From a virus (lineage: Duplodnaviria; Caudoviricetes), in the IMG/VR virus record IMGVR_UViG_3300031766_002224, positions 1 to 57,147 of that record: DNA of 57,147 bases; one strand, 5' to 3'. The translations under genes were made by a program, and so were the position numbers. The notes beneath the pieces were generated by a model. The model did no database searches and was not told the origin of the DNA. It worked only from the letters and a program-made list of their open reading frames with translations. Position 1 is the first letter of the stretch. Every line of letters starts with the position of its first letter. Shown here one piece after another: positions 49,812 through 57,147 of the stretch.

Positions 49812-50519
49812 TTACTTAATCCACTTTGTTTTAAAAAGTCTATACTTTTCTCTTAGTTTATTCAAATTGTTTACTACCTGTTTGGTATTCAAACCTGTCA
49901 ATTCTCTCAAATAAAGATACACGGCTTTTTTGTTAAAAATTTCTATGTCGTCGATATTGTGTAACAACACTTTCACAGCCTCTAATACTGCCTTTTCGTT
50001 GGGTTTAAGATTCCCGGTGTCCCATTTGTCTACCTGCTGTAAAAGACAGAGCCAAAATTCGGCCTCTTCTCTTTGGTCTAGATATCCGGGGGCTCCGGAG
50101 GAAGTCCCTAGCGAGTCCGAACCCCCTGATTGTACTAGGTTTTCATAAGAGACTTCTCTTCTTAGTTGCTTAGAGTTCTTCTTTACCTTGTGTATGAACC
50201 AGTTTTTTGTAACTACGGAGAAATAAGAAAAAGCCTTTGAACCCTTCTTCGGATCATATTTGTCCAATATTGTTGTTAGCCAAATTTTACAGTCATCCCT
50301 AAGATAATCTATATTTGGCAAGTTGTTGAATTTATAAGTAAAAATAATCTTATTAACCATCTCATCAAAAGCCGGTTGTATCAACTTGATATACAGTGTT
50401 GATTTCTCTTGCCGGCTTGGCGAAAGAGCGTATTTCACAATAGCCTCTTCGTGGACTTTCGTGAAATAATTATTTTTAGTCTTCTTTCTTCTCTTCTTCT
50501 GCAAGCTCTGTTTCCTCAT
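49812..50519 (-). CDS. Phage RNA polymerase sigma factor (T4 gp55-like, probably late)
   Basis: Region-2-like DDCKIWLTTILDKYDPKKGSKAFSYFSVVTKNWFI; N-terminal NYFT...EEAI; C-terminal HTH-like segment. Confidence 0.75.
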   Translation of the reverse strand: MRKQSLQKKRRKKTKNNYFTKVHEEAIVKYALSPSRQEKSTLYIKLIQPAFDEMVNKIIFTYKFNNLPNIDYLRDDCKIWLTTILDKYDPKKGSKAFSYFSVVTKNWFIHKVKKNSKQLRREVSYENLVQSGGSDSLGTSSGAPGYLDQREEAEFWLCLLQQVDKWDTGNLKPNEKAVLEAVKVLLHNIDDIEIFNKKAVYLYLRELTGLNTKQVVNNLNKLREKYRLFKTKWIK

Positions 50520-50772
50520 TTAGTATTAAGTCTATCTCGTTTAAGTTCTTAGACAATTCTTTAGCATGTTCCATAAGGGATTTTAAAGTCTCATCGCCAT
50601 AAAACATCTCTAGTTCATGTATAGTACTGATATGTCCCGTGAATCCCTTAATCATCTCTGATATATTATTTATATTGTCGTTCGCTTCTGACATAGCTTC
50701 AAGCAGCCATCTTATATATATAAACGAAAACAGGTTCACTAGAAAGCTTCCCCAAAATAACCAAAACCACAT
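50476..50772 (-). CDS. Membrane-anchored hypothetical protein
   Basis: N-terminal hydrophobic helix followed by an acidic coiled coil. Confidence 0.6.
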   Translation of the reverse strand: MWFWLFWGSFLVNLFSFIYIRWLLEAMSEANDNINNISEMIKGFTGHISTIHELEMFYGDETLKSLMEHAKELSKNLNEIDLILNEETELAEEEKKED

Positions 50773-50773
50773 A

Positions 50774-51025
50774 TTATAACTCCCTTGTTCTTAAATCTTT
50801 TTTTTCTTTTTTTATTTCTGATTTTACATCTCTTATATACTCGTCTACAACCTTTCCGGTGCGCGAGGCAGAAAATGCAGTACTAGTATTTGTATCGTCC
50901 AAGGAAGGGACCCTGAATACCTCTTCGGATTTACACTTCGTGCAGGCCTGTTCGTCGTACGACATAGAGTGCCATACTTCAAAAGAAAATGCACAGGATT
51001 TGCACTTGTAGTGATACAGGGGCAC
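50774..51025 (-). CDS. FmdB-family zinc-ribbon protein
   Basis: MPLYHYKCKSC...FE...CTKC signature. Confidence 0.85.
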   Translation of the reverse strand: MPLYHYKCKSCAFSFEVWHSMSYDEQACTKCKSEEVFRVPSLDDTNTSTAFSASRTGKVVDEYIRDVKSEIKKEKKDLRTREL

Positions 51026-51231
51026 TAGTCTGAACCTGAAGTGTTCTGGACTTCCGGCGCGAAAACATCCTTTTCTATTTTAAAACTAGGGGGATTCAGT
51101 ACGTCTAAGCGCTCCTTTTCTCCAACCTGAAAATTAAAACCCTTTAGTATAGGAACAATATCTGTTTGCTCCAAGAGGGATTTCTGTAGAGCCATCATTA
51201 GGGCCCCGAGTGCTTGATTTGATAACTTCAT
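51025..51231 (-). CDS. Hypothetical protein
   Basis: 68 aa with AGGAG RBS. Confidence 0.65.
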   Translation of the reverse strand: MKLSNQALGALMMALQKSLLEQTDIVPILKGFNFQVGEKERLDVLNPPSFKIEKDVFAPEVQNTSGSD

Positions 51232-51249
51232 TTTATTGCTCCTTTTGTT

Positions 51250-52197
51250 TTACCATTTAAAATTTTGTTTATAAAAATTAACTATTTTACAAATCTGTTC
51301 ATCAAAGTTTTTGATTGGTGACCAACCAATCGATCTTATCTTTTGGTCGTCTAGAGAATATCTAACATCTTGACCTGGTCTTTTAAAATCTAAGTTTACG
51401 TGATTTTTCCAATCCATTGTACTGTCGAACGCATTGATAATCTTCTTTACTGTTAATATGTTTTCCTGTTCGAATCCACCAGAAATATTGTATATTTCGT
51501 TTTTCACGCCGCTTTTCATAATTTCCAAAACTGCGTTTGAAGTATCCTCTACATGTAGCCAATTTCTAACGGGAGTGCCTTCATCGTGAAGTCTTATTTT
51601 TTTATTTCTTTTCAATAATTTGACAACCAGTGGTACTAATTTTTCTGGATATTGATAATTCCCGTAATTATTTGTGGGCCTTAGTATCACATACTCTATT
51701 CCATATGTTCGCGCCCAAGATGTAATCATTAGGTCGGCAGCTGCTTTCGAAGCCGAATATGGATTACTAGGGTTCATAAGGTCGTTTTCTTTGTGGCTAC
51801 CCGATGCGATATCACCATACACCTCATCTGTACTAAAATGAAGCAACACTGGCCTTGAACAGACATTACTTGGTTTTTTCCTTATCAAATCAAGAATGTT
51901 TTGAATTCCAAGTATATTTGTCTTTGTAAATTCTTTACTGTCCTGGATACTGTTCCCTACGTGTGTTTCTGCGGCGGTATTGATTATGTAATCACAGTCA
52001 GGTATCGAATCTATTTCACAAATATCTTCTCTTTTAAAAGTAAAATTTTTGTCCTCTAGGAATTCGGGTAACAGTTCGTTGTTTGCCGCGTAGGTACATT
52101 TATCTATTCCCAGAACCTTATATCCCAGATTCAAGCAGTCCCTTGTTATCTGAGAGCCTATAAACCCTAAGCACCCTGTTATCACTACAATTTTCAA
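51250..52197 (-). CDS. rfbB: dTDP-glucose 4,6-dehydratase
   Basis: TGCLGFIG, AAETHV, STDEVYG, PSNPYSASK, NNYG..QYPEKL, RNWLHVED, RPGQDVRY; start reassigned to TTG at 52197 behind GGGGAG. Confidence 0.88.
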   Translation of the reverse strand: MKIVVITGCLGFIGSQITRDCLNLGYKVLGIDKCTYAANNELLPEFLEDKNFTFKREDICEIDSIPDCDYIINTAAETHVGNSIQDSKEFTKTNILGIQNILDLIRKKPSNVCSRPVLLHFSTDEVYGDIASGSHKENDLMNPSNPYSASKAAADLMITSWARTYGIEYVILRPTNNYGNYQYPEKLVPLVVKLLKRNKKIRLHDEGTPVRNWLHVEDTSNAVLEIMKSGVKNEIYNISGGFEQENILTVKKIINAFDSTMDWKNHVNLDFKRPGQDVRYSLDDQKIRSIGWSPIKNFDEQICKIVNFYKQNFKW

Positions 52198-52198
52198 C

Positions 52199-52555
52199 TC
52201 AATCTCCCCGTTGGATTCTATGTGAGTCGGAGTCAAAATGTTGAGTTGAAAATTCAAACAATTCTGTATCTTCTATAGCTTCCATTTGATGCTTCAATCC
52301 CCTGTATACATGGAAGTTTTCTCCCCTCGATAGGACAACTTCCTTTGCGGTGGCGATATCTTCGCTATCTGAGTACCTCACTTTAATCTTTCCGGATTGT
52401 ACGTAGAAGACTTCATCTTTTAGCTCATGGTAGTGCCAGGAACATTTCCTGCCCTTTACAAAGTATAGAAGTTTTCCGCAATATTCTTCGTTGTTTACGA
52501 TCCATTTTTCAAACCCCCAACCTTTTGGGACAAATTTAATTGGTAAAGAATTCAC
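52199..52555 (-). CDS. Cupin-fold sugar isomerase-like protein
   Basis: VPKGWGFE, SWHYHELKDE and KHQM cupin metal-binding motifs. Confidence 0.8.
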   Translation of the reverse strand: MNSLPIKFVPKGWGFEKWIVNNEEYCGKLLYFVKGRKCSWHYHELKDEVFYVQSGKIKVRYSDSEDIATAKEVVLSRGENFHVYRGLKHQMEAIEDTELFEFSTQHFDSDSHRIQRGD

Positions 52556-52856
52556 TATCTTTAACTCCTTTGTCGTCTACATATACATCACCAGAGGGTT
52601 TTCCCAAAACTAATCTGTGGAATTTTAAGCCCCACTTTGTTAGTTGGGTCAAAGTTAAGTCATAGAACATGTTAACCGCTTCCGCCTGGTTGTCATTTGT
52701 TCTGCCCATTCCCCTTGCGGTGAAGAAAACTATATGGTTTCCGTCATCATAAAGTTTGTTAATCTTTTCTATTCGAGACAGAAAAGGGCTAGCTTTTTCA
52801 TAATCTCCGTTTGTTAGGGAGCATATAGTGCCGTCGATGTCAAATATGTATTTCAT
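52536..52856 (-). CDS. HAD-superfamily phosphatase (capsule-biosynthesis type)
   Basis: FDIDGTI, FTARG and GKP..DVYVDDK motifs. Confidence 0.85.
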   Translation of the reverse strand: MKYIFDIDGTICSLTNGDYEKASPFLSRIEKINKLYDDGNHIVFFTARGMGRTNDNQAEAVNMFYDLTLTQLTKWGLKFHRLVLGKPSGDVYVDDKGVKDSEFFTN

Positions 52857-53256
52857 TGTTTAAAATTCTAGTAGTTGAATGTTCTCCTATTCTATCAAAA
52901 AAAACAACTTTTTTTACTAGTTTTTTTCCAACTACTGTTTTTTTTTCCCAATCCGACCCTATGACCATCATGGATATATCGTTTTCCACTAGAAGTTTTT
53001 CCAACTCTCGGTTCGTGGAGTACGTCACCACACTGTCTACTGAAGATAGTTCTTCCAAAAAAGACTTTCTATCCTGAACGTTGTTGAATGGCCTTGTATC
53101 GCCCTTTGAGGCTCTTACCCTCTCATCGGTGTCAATACCCACTACGAGCTTGTCACCAAGAGACCTAGCGTATTGTAAAAGCCTTATATGACCTATGTGA
53201 AGGATATCGAAGCATCCATTCACCCAGACGTTAGTAGTTTGCATTCCACGGCTCAT
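52840..53256 (-). CDS. Sugar-phosphate nucleotidyltransferase (RfaE domain II/HldC or TagD-like)
   Basis: NGCFDILHIGH, KGDTRP, GSDW and HSTT motifs. Confidence 0.88.
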   Translation of the reverse strand: MSRGMQTTNVWVNGCFDILHIGHIRLLQYARSLGDKLVVGIDTDERVRASKGDTRPFNNVQDRKSFLEELSSVDSVVTYSTNRELEKLLVENDISMMVIGSDWEKKTVVGKKLVKKVVFFDRIGEHSTTRILNNEIHI

Positions 53257-54157
53257 CTATCAAGTTGTATACTTTTATCATCTGTTTTATACCATCATCT
53301 AGGTTATACTTGCATGCAAATCCCGTATTGTATAATTTTTGGCTGCTGACTGTATAATCTCTCTTGTCTGGATCAGTTGTAAATTCTGCTTTTATTATCT
53401 CTAGTGGTGTATGTTTTTTTATGGTCTTTGCCAACTGTAGCTTATTCATATTAACTTCGTCATTTCCTAAGTTGAACGTTTCATTTCTATAAGTAGACCA
53501 ATCATCTATCGACCGAGTGAAGACCCTACAGACATCCCAAATATGCACGTAATTTCTCATAAACTCACACTCGTATAACACTATAACCCGGTCTCTAATA
53601 GCTCTCAGTACAAAGTTGTTTACCAACAGGTCCGTACGAACACGAGTTGATGGACCAAACACTGTCGCTAGTCTGAATGTAGTACAATTCTCTGTCTCCC
53701 TAAACCTAGTTTCTGCGTCTACTTTAGTTTTCCCATACAAGGATATTGGATTTAGCGGGTCTAATTCTGTTATTATTTTCCCTTTTTCTCCGTTGCCGTA
53801 TCCAGAGTTTGTACAAGGGTATATGACCATTTGATCTTTCGATTTGTTCTTACAGATCCAGTCATTTGACATATAATTTACATCTATAGCCTCCTGCGGT
53901 CTTTGGTCACACAACGGGAAACCTACAAGGGCTGCCAGGGGCACAACAACATCACAAAACTTTAAGTATTTCTCTAGGACTTTTTCATCCCTGACATCTG
54001 CCTTTTCAAAATTAAAGTTCGGGTGACTGATGTATCTAAGGAGCGATTTGTTGTCGTATAAAAGACTGTCCACTACATATATTTCATGGTCCCTAATTAG
54101 GAAGTCAATTAATTCACTTCCGATATAGCCCGCGCCGCCGGTAATTAATATTTTCAT
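53231..54157 (-). CDS. NAD-dependent sugar epimerase/dehydratase (extended SDR)
   Basis: TGGAGYIGS, YGKTK (YxxxK), RLATVFG; start reassigned to the ATG at 54157 (TAATG overlap). Confidence 0.88.
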   Translation of the reverse strand: MKILITGGAGYIGSELIDFLIRDHEIYVVDSLLYDNKSLLRYISHPNFNFEKADVRDEKVLEKYLKFCDVVVPLAALVGFPLCDQRPQEAIDVNYMSNDWICKNKSKDQMVIYPCTNSGYGNGEKGKIITELDPLNPISLYGKTKVDAETRFRETENCTTFRLATVFGPSTRVRTDLLVNNFVLRAIRDRVIVLYECEFMRNYVHIWDVCRVFTRSIDDWSTYRNETFNLGNDEVNMNKLQLAKTIKKHTPLEIIKAEFTTDPDKRDYTVSSQKLYNTGFACKYNLDDGIKQMIKVYNLIDEPWNANY

Positions 54158-54447
54158 TATATTTTCACTCTCCCAATTATTATATCTTTTAACATTATCC
54201 AGTCGCAAGCCTTTGCCCATAAAGGTTTCGTAAATGCCGCGGGCTTGTTCTTCTCGAAGAAGAAATGTCCGGACCAGGCAAACGGATAAATGACAAAAGG
54301 AATTAAGGGTATCAAGACCCAGCTAGATGTCTGCAGAATATAAACCATTGTTGCGATGGTAGCTAACTGTCCCAGTACATGCAACCTACGGTTCCATTCA
54401 TTCTGGTGCAGCAATAAATAATGTTTGTAGTATTCTTCAAATTTCAT
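54157..54447 (-). CDS. DUF962/Mpo1-like membrane protein
   Basis: Y..LHQN..NRRLHVLG and AWSGHFFFEKNKPAAF motifs. Confidence 0.85.
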   Translation of the reverse strand: MKFEEYYKHYLLLHQNEWNRRLHVLGQLATIATMVYILQTSSWVLIPLIPFVIYPFAWSGHFFFEKNKPAAFTKPLWAKACDWIMLKDIIIGRVKI

Positions 54448-55183
54448 TTATAGTGTTTACTCCTTTTAATTGAACTACTTGAGTAGCACAGGTGTTTGCA
54501 TAGATAATAGACTTATCAATATCTTTTGTTTTTAAATAGTTGACGCACAGGCCGGCCATGAAAGTATCTCCGGCGCCACAAAGATCTTTAATTTCCACTT
54601 TATCCACTGAGTACATCTTTTCTCCAAGGCGACTCCCAGAGGAACCCAAGGTGACAATTACCTTATTTTTGGCCCATGAAGATTTTTGTATAAATTTTTG
54701 AGATGCGGCGTATTCGTTCTTGTTTATCTTGATATAAGTGCACTCTTTGCAATATTCTCCAATGGTTTTTTTCGTGTCGATAAAGACAAGGTCGTGGTTT
54801 TCGCAAATGAACCTTATATCGTCCTCCGTCAGAAAACCCTTGTTGTAATCTGAGATTATTATCAAGTCAAACTCGCAGATAAACTCTTTTGTTAAATCTG
54901 AAACCCTCTCGACGCTTCCTTCACCCGAGTCGACCCTAAGAAACATATGATTCGTTTCTTCGTGTACATACCTTTTTTTCTCAATGTTTATGCTGTTTGT
55001 TTTGAGTATAGCAGGTATACCCATAGATACTATATTTTGGTAAACGTTTCCTGCCATGCCCAAATTTCTTTTTTCATAGTTCGGTATGAAAACTGGCACT
55101 GGGGCATCTGGAGCGAGACGTTCACACCGGCCGTAAACGTGAACGTCGCGACAGCCGTCGCCTATGACGAGTATTTTACTCAC
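54437..55183 (-). CDS. PfkB-family sugar kinase (RfaE domain I/HldA-like)
   Basis: RLAPDAPVPV, GMAGNV, ISDYNKG and DLCGAGDTF motifs. Confidence 0.88.
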   Translation of the reverse strand: MSKILVIGDGCRDVHVYGRCERLAPDAPVPVFIPNYEKRNLGMAGNVYQNIVSMGIPAILKTNSINIEKKRYVHEETNHMFLRVDSGEGSVERVSDLTKEFICEFDLIIISDYNKGFLTEDDIRFICENHDLVFIDTKKTIGEYCKECTYIKINKNEYAASQKFIQKSSWAKNKVIVTLGSSGSRLGEKMYSVDKVEIKDLCGAGDTFMAGLCVNYLKTKDIDKSIIYANTCATQVVQLKGVNTINEI

Positions 55184-55586
55184 CCCAGCTAATGTCCCAA
55201 TCTTTAAATTCCGCGGCTAAACAGTCGATCTTATAATCCTTGCGGCCGCCGGCTTGTTCTTGAATCTTATTCTTGGCGGTGTTTCTAATTCCGTTCAAGC
55301 CATGAGTTAGTTCAAGATTGTTTCCGTCTCTTATGCCTTTTCGATAGTTTGATTCATTGTGCCATATGTGCAGATTCATCTGAGACAAAACAACTATTGC
55401 CCTGACCGTGTCTGCATCCAAAGACACCTCCTTGCCTTTCAAGATTACATCGATATCGTGCAATATTGCAGAGATTTCCTTTGCGTACTCTTGCTTGTGT
55501 TCTACTATGAATACTTCCTTTAATTGAACTATTGATAGTCTATCTATCAGCTCTGACAATGTTGGTAGGTATTTTCTTTTACTCAT
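55176..55586 (-). CDS. Hypothetical helical protein of sugar-pathway clusters
   Basis: LSELIDRLSI...NLHIWHNE...N..RN..KNKI pattern. Confidence 0.6.
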   Translation of the reverse strand: MSKRKYLPTLSELIDRLSIVQLKEVFIVEHKQEYAKEISAILHDIDVILKGKEVSLDADTVRAIVVLSQMNLHIWHNESNYRKGIRDGNNLELTHGLNGIRNTAKNKIQEQAGGRKDYKIDCLAAEFKDWDISWGE

Positions 55587-56727
55587 TGTTGTTTTCCTTG
55601 CATTTTTCTAAAGCTTCTTTTATTGCTTTACATATTCTTTCCATGTTCTCTCCTGTTAAATATTGATGGCATCCAATATGGATTCCGTTATCTCCAACCC
55701 ATTCTGCTTCAGGGAATTGTCCTAACTTGTGGCCCATGTCTCCAAAGGCTATCTGTTGCGTCGGAATGCATCCAAAATTTCTCTTGTGGTGTATCCTGTA
55801 TTTGTCAAAAGTGTCCTTGACAATTTCAATGTCGCCCTCTTTCTTACAAGTGACGCTAAAGCCGTGTGGGCAATTTATATTACCCTCATCTTCCTCTGAA
55901 AACCAGGCAATATCTTCGAAGCCGTTAGCTGCTTTCCTCATCTCTTTCATGAACGCATGTCTTGTCCAAAATGTATCCCAGAAGACACCTATGGCTTCAA
56001 GACCGATGGATGCCTCAAGGTCGTTCATTTTAGAATTCAAGCCAGACCTCTTGTGTTCGAAATAGACAGAATTATATGGACGGCCGTGGGATCTCGTTGA
56101 GAATAGAAGCTTTCCAATATCTGGGTCGTTGGACGATATCATTCCCCCTTCACCGGAACAAACTAGGTGCGCGACGTAAAAACTGTATATGGACATATCT
56201 CCCCAGTGACCGACAAGTTTATCCTTGAATTTTGCACCATGTGCCTCGCATGCGTCTTCTATAACAATCAGATTGTGCCTCTCGGCAATCTCGCAGATAA
56301 CATCCATCTCCGCCATTCTTCCCATTGTGTGAACCACTTGGATCGCCACGGTGTTTTCATTAATCGCCTCTTCAATCTTAGACTCATCAATGTTGAGAGT
56401 TTCGCGTTTTACATCGACAAATTTAGGCACCAGGCCTGAGGCTCTGACGGCATTTGCGGTTGCGATGAATGACAACGCGGGAACTATAACTTCGCTTACC
56501 CCTCTCTTCGCACCCTTTAGATCATACAAGGCAAAGCAAGAGTTTATGCATCCGTCGGTACCGGAACTGACTGCGGTGCTGTTATCGTAATCAAACAGTT
56601 GATTCCACTTGTCCTCAAGCTCCCTTACCTTTGGTCCGCCCGAAGCCCAGTTCGTGTCGCATACATGCATCAGGTTTTTTCTAGCTACCTCTCCAATTCT
56701 TAGTTCTCCAAATTCTATCTTTTCCAT
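55579..56727 (-). CDS. DegT/DnrJ/EryC1/StrS-family PLP-dependent enzyme
   Basis: VSSGT, VPALSFIAT, IEDACEAHGA, SFYVAH...GEGG; His at the usual PLP-lysine position. Confidence 0.88.
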   Translation of the reverse strand: MEKIEFGELRIGEVARKNLMHVCDTNWASGGPKVRELEDKWNQLFDYDNSTAVSSGTDGCINSCFALYDLKGAKRGVSEVIVPALSFIATANAVRASGLVPKFVDVKRETLNIDESKIEEAINENTVAIQVVHTMGRMAEMDVICEIAERHNLIVIEDACEAHGAKFKDKLVGHWGDMSIYSFYVAHLVCSGEGGMISSNDPDIGKLLFSTRSHGRPYNSVYFEHKRSGLNSKMNDLEASIGLEAIGVFWDTFWTRHAFMKEMRKAANGFEDIAWFSEEDEGNINCPHGFSVTCKKEGDIEIVKDTFDKYRIHHKRNFGCIPTQQIAFGDMGHKLGQFPEAEWVGDNGIHIGCHQYLTGENMERICKAIKEALEKCKENNNE

Positions 56728-57147
56728 TAATATAAATCTCCATGTTCGATTATCAGTGTTGATCTTTCACTGCTCAGTGCTTTTTCGTATGCTGGCAGAA
56801 TTTGTTCAGGATATAAAAGCTCAACAATATCTATGTTTGTGCAGGAACTCCTGAAGGCCTCTGTAAAATTAGCTTTATGTTGGTGTCCCGGGTCTAGGGG
56901 ATACTGAGACCCTACCACTGCCTTCATTATGATTTTTGGCTTGCTCTGGCCCATAGACATTGCTTCCCACTTGTCTAAATGATTCACAATCTGATTCATT
57001 GCTAAGATGATAAAATTCATTCTAGGGTATAAGGAAACTGGTATGTAACCATCTATAGCTAAACCTAGAGCTATTCCGGCTTGGAACTCTTCTGCTACTG
57101 GTAATTCTAGCAACTTTGTTTTGTCAAAGTTTTTGACCTGATGAGTC
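56727..57147 (-). CDS. Transketolase / 2-oxoacid dehydrogenase E1 beta-like subunit (5' part outside the window)
   Basis: ELPVAEE..AGIALGLA, NQIVN and GHQH pyrimidine-binding-domain motifs; frame open to the window end. Confidence 0.8.
   Translation of the reverse strand, partial: THQVKNFDKTKLLELPVAEEFQAGIALGLAIDGYIPVSLYPRMNFIILAMNQIVNHLDKWEAMSMGQSKPKIIMKAVVGSQYPLDPGHQHKANFTEAFRSSCTNIDIVELLYPEQILPAYEKALSSERSTLIIEHGDLY

Noticed and set aside
52198-52257. ORF-track N-terminal extension of the dehydratase (likewise 54158-54220 for the epimerase)
   Set aside because: The Rossmann motif begins right after the downstream starts (52197 and 54157), which have an RBS or stop-start overlap; the extensions overlap upstream genes.
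260-56854. Many plus-strand ORFs of 60-207 aa in the ORF track
   Set aside because: All lie antisense to well-supported minus-strand genes and show no recognisable motifs; they are best explained as shadow ORFs.
1-57147. Alternative genetic code (stop-codon reassignment), as in some large phages
   Set aside because: Genes are full length in the standard code, and TAA, TAG and TGA all end genes at tight junctions.
1-57147. CRISPR arrays, tRNAs, introns/inteins, reverse transcriptase or diversity-generating retroelement
   Set aside because: No spaced direct repeats, cloverleafs or RT motifs were seen; terminase, primase and portal cores are uninterrupted; intergenic space is minimal. A by-eye scan could miss weak cases.

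Overview
This window is part of a large tailed-phage (jumbo-type myovirus) genome. Essentially all genes are on the minus strand, tightly packed, in the standard genetic code, and often preceded by GGAG/GAGG Shine-Dalgarno sites. In transcription order (right to left) it holds: (1) a nucleotide-sugar/heptose-type biosynthesis cluster (TPP-enzyme beta subunit, DegT aminotransferase, split RfaE/HldE-like kinase and nucleotidyltransferase, epimerase, HAD phosphatase, cupin, dTDP-glucose 4,6-dehydratase); (2) a phage sigma factor; (3) a baseplate/tail module (gp5-like, gp25-like, gp6-like, DNRLRE-like, 3064-aa and 3407-aa giant proteins, four tail-collar-like proteins); (4) J-domain protein, RuvC-like resolvase, primase and a single-chain Mre11-Rad50 (SbcD-SbcC) fusion behind a consensus sigma70 promoter; (5) a putative holin/spanin-like trio; (6) a T4-like head module (terminase, portal, prohead protease) ending with a phage ribosomal protein bS21. 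The most interesting unexplained patterns are: dense [S/T]-[G/A/S]-S motifs in outer virion proteins next to a sugar pathway (possible phage-encoded virion glycosylation), a shared N-terminal K-x-x-L-x-x-I-I-x-E motif on small proteins (possible capsid-targeting tag), an ACTATTTA candidate late promoter, an unannotated 20-aa Cys-Cys peptide plus hairpin before the prohead protease, and a tail-collar domain apparently split across separate genes. All assignments come from motif recognition by eye; no searches were run.
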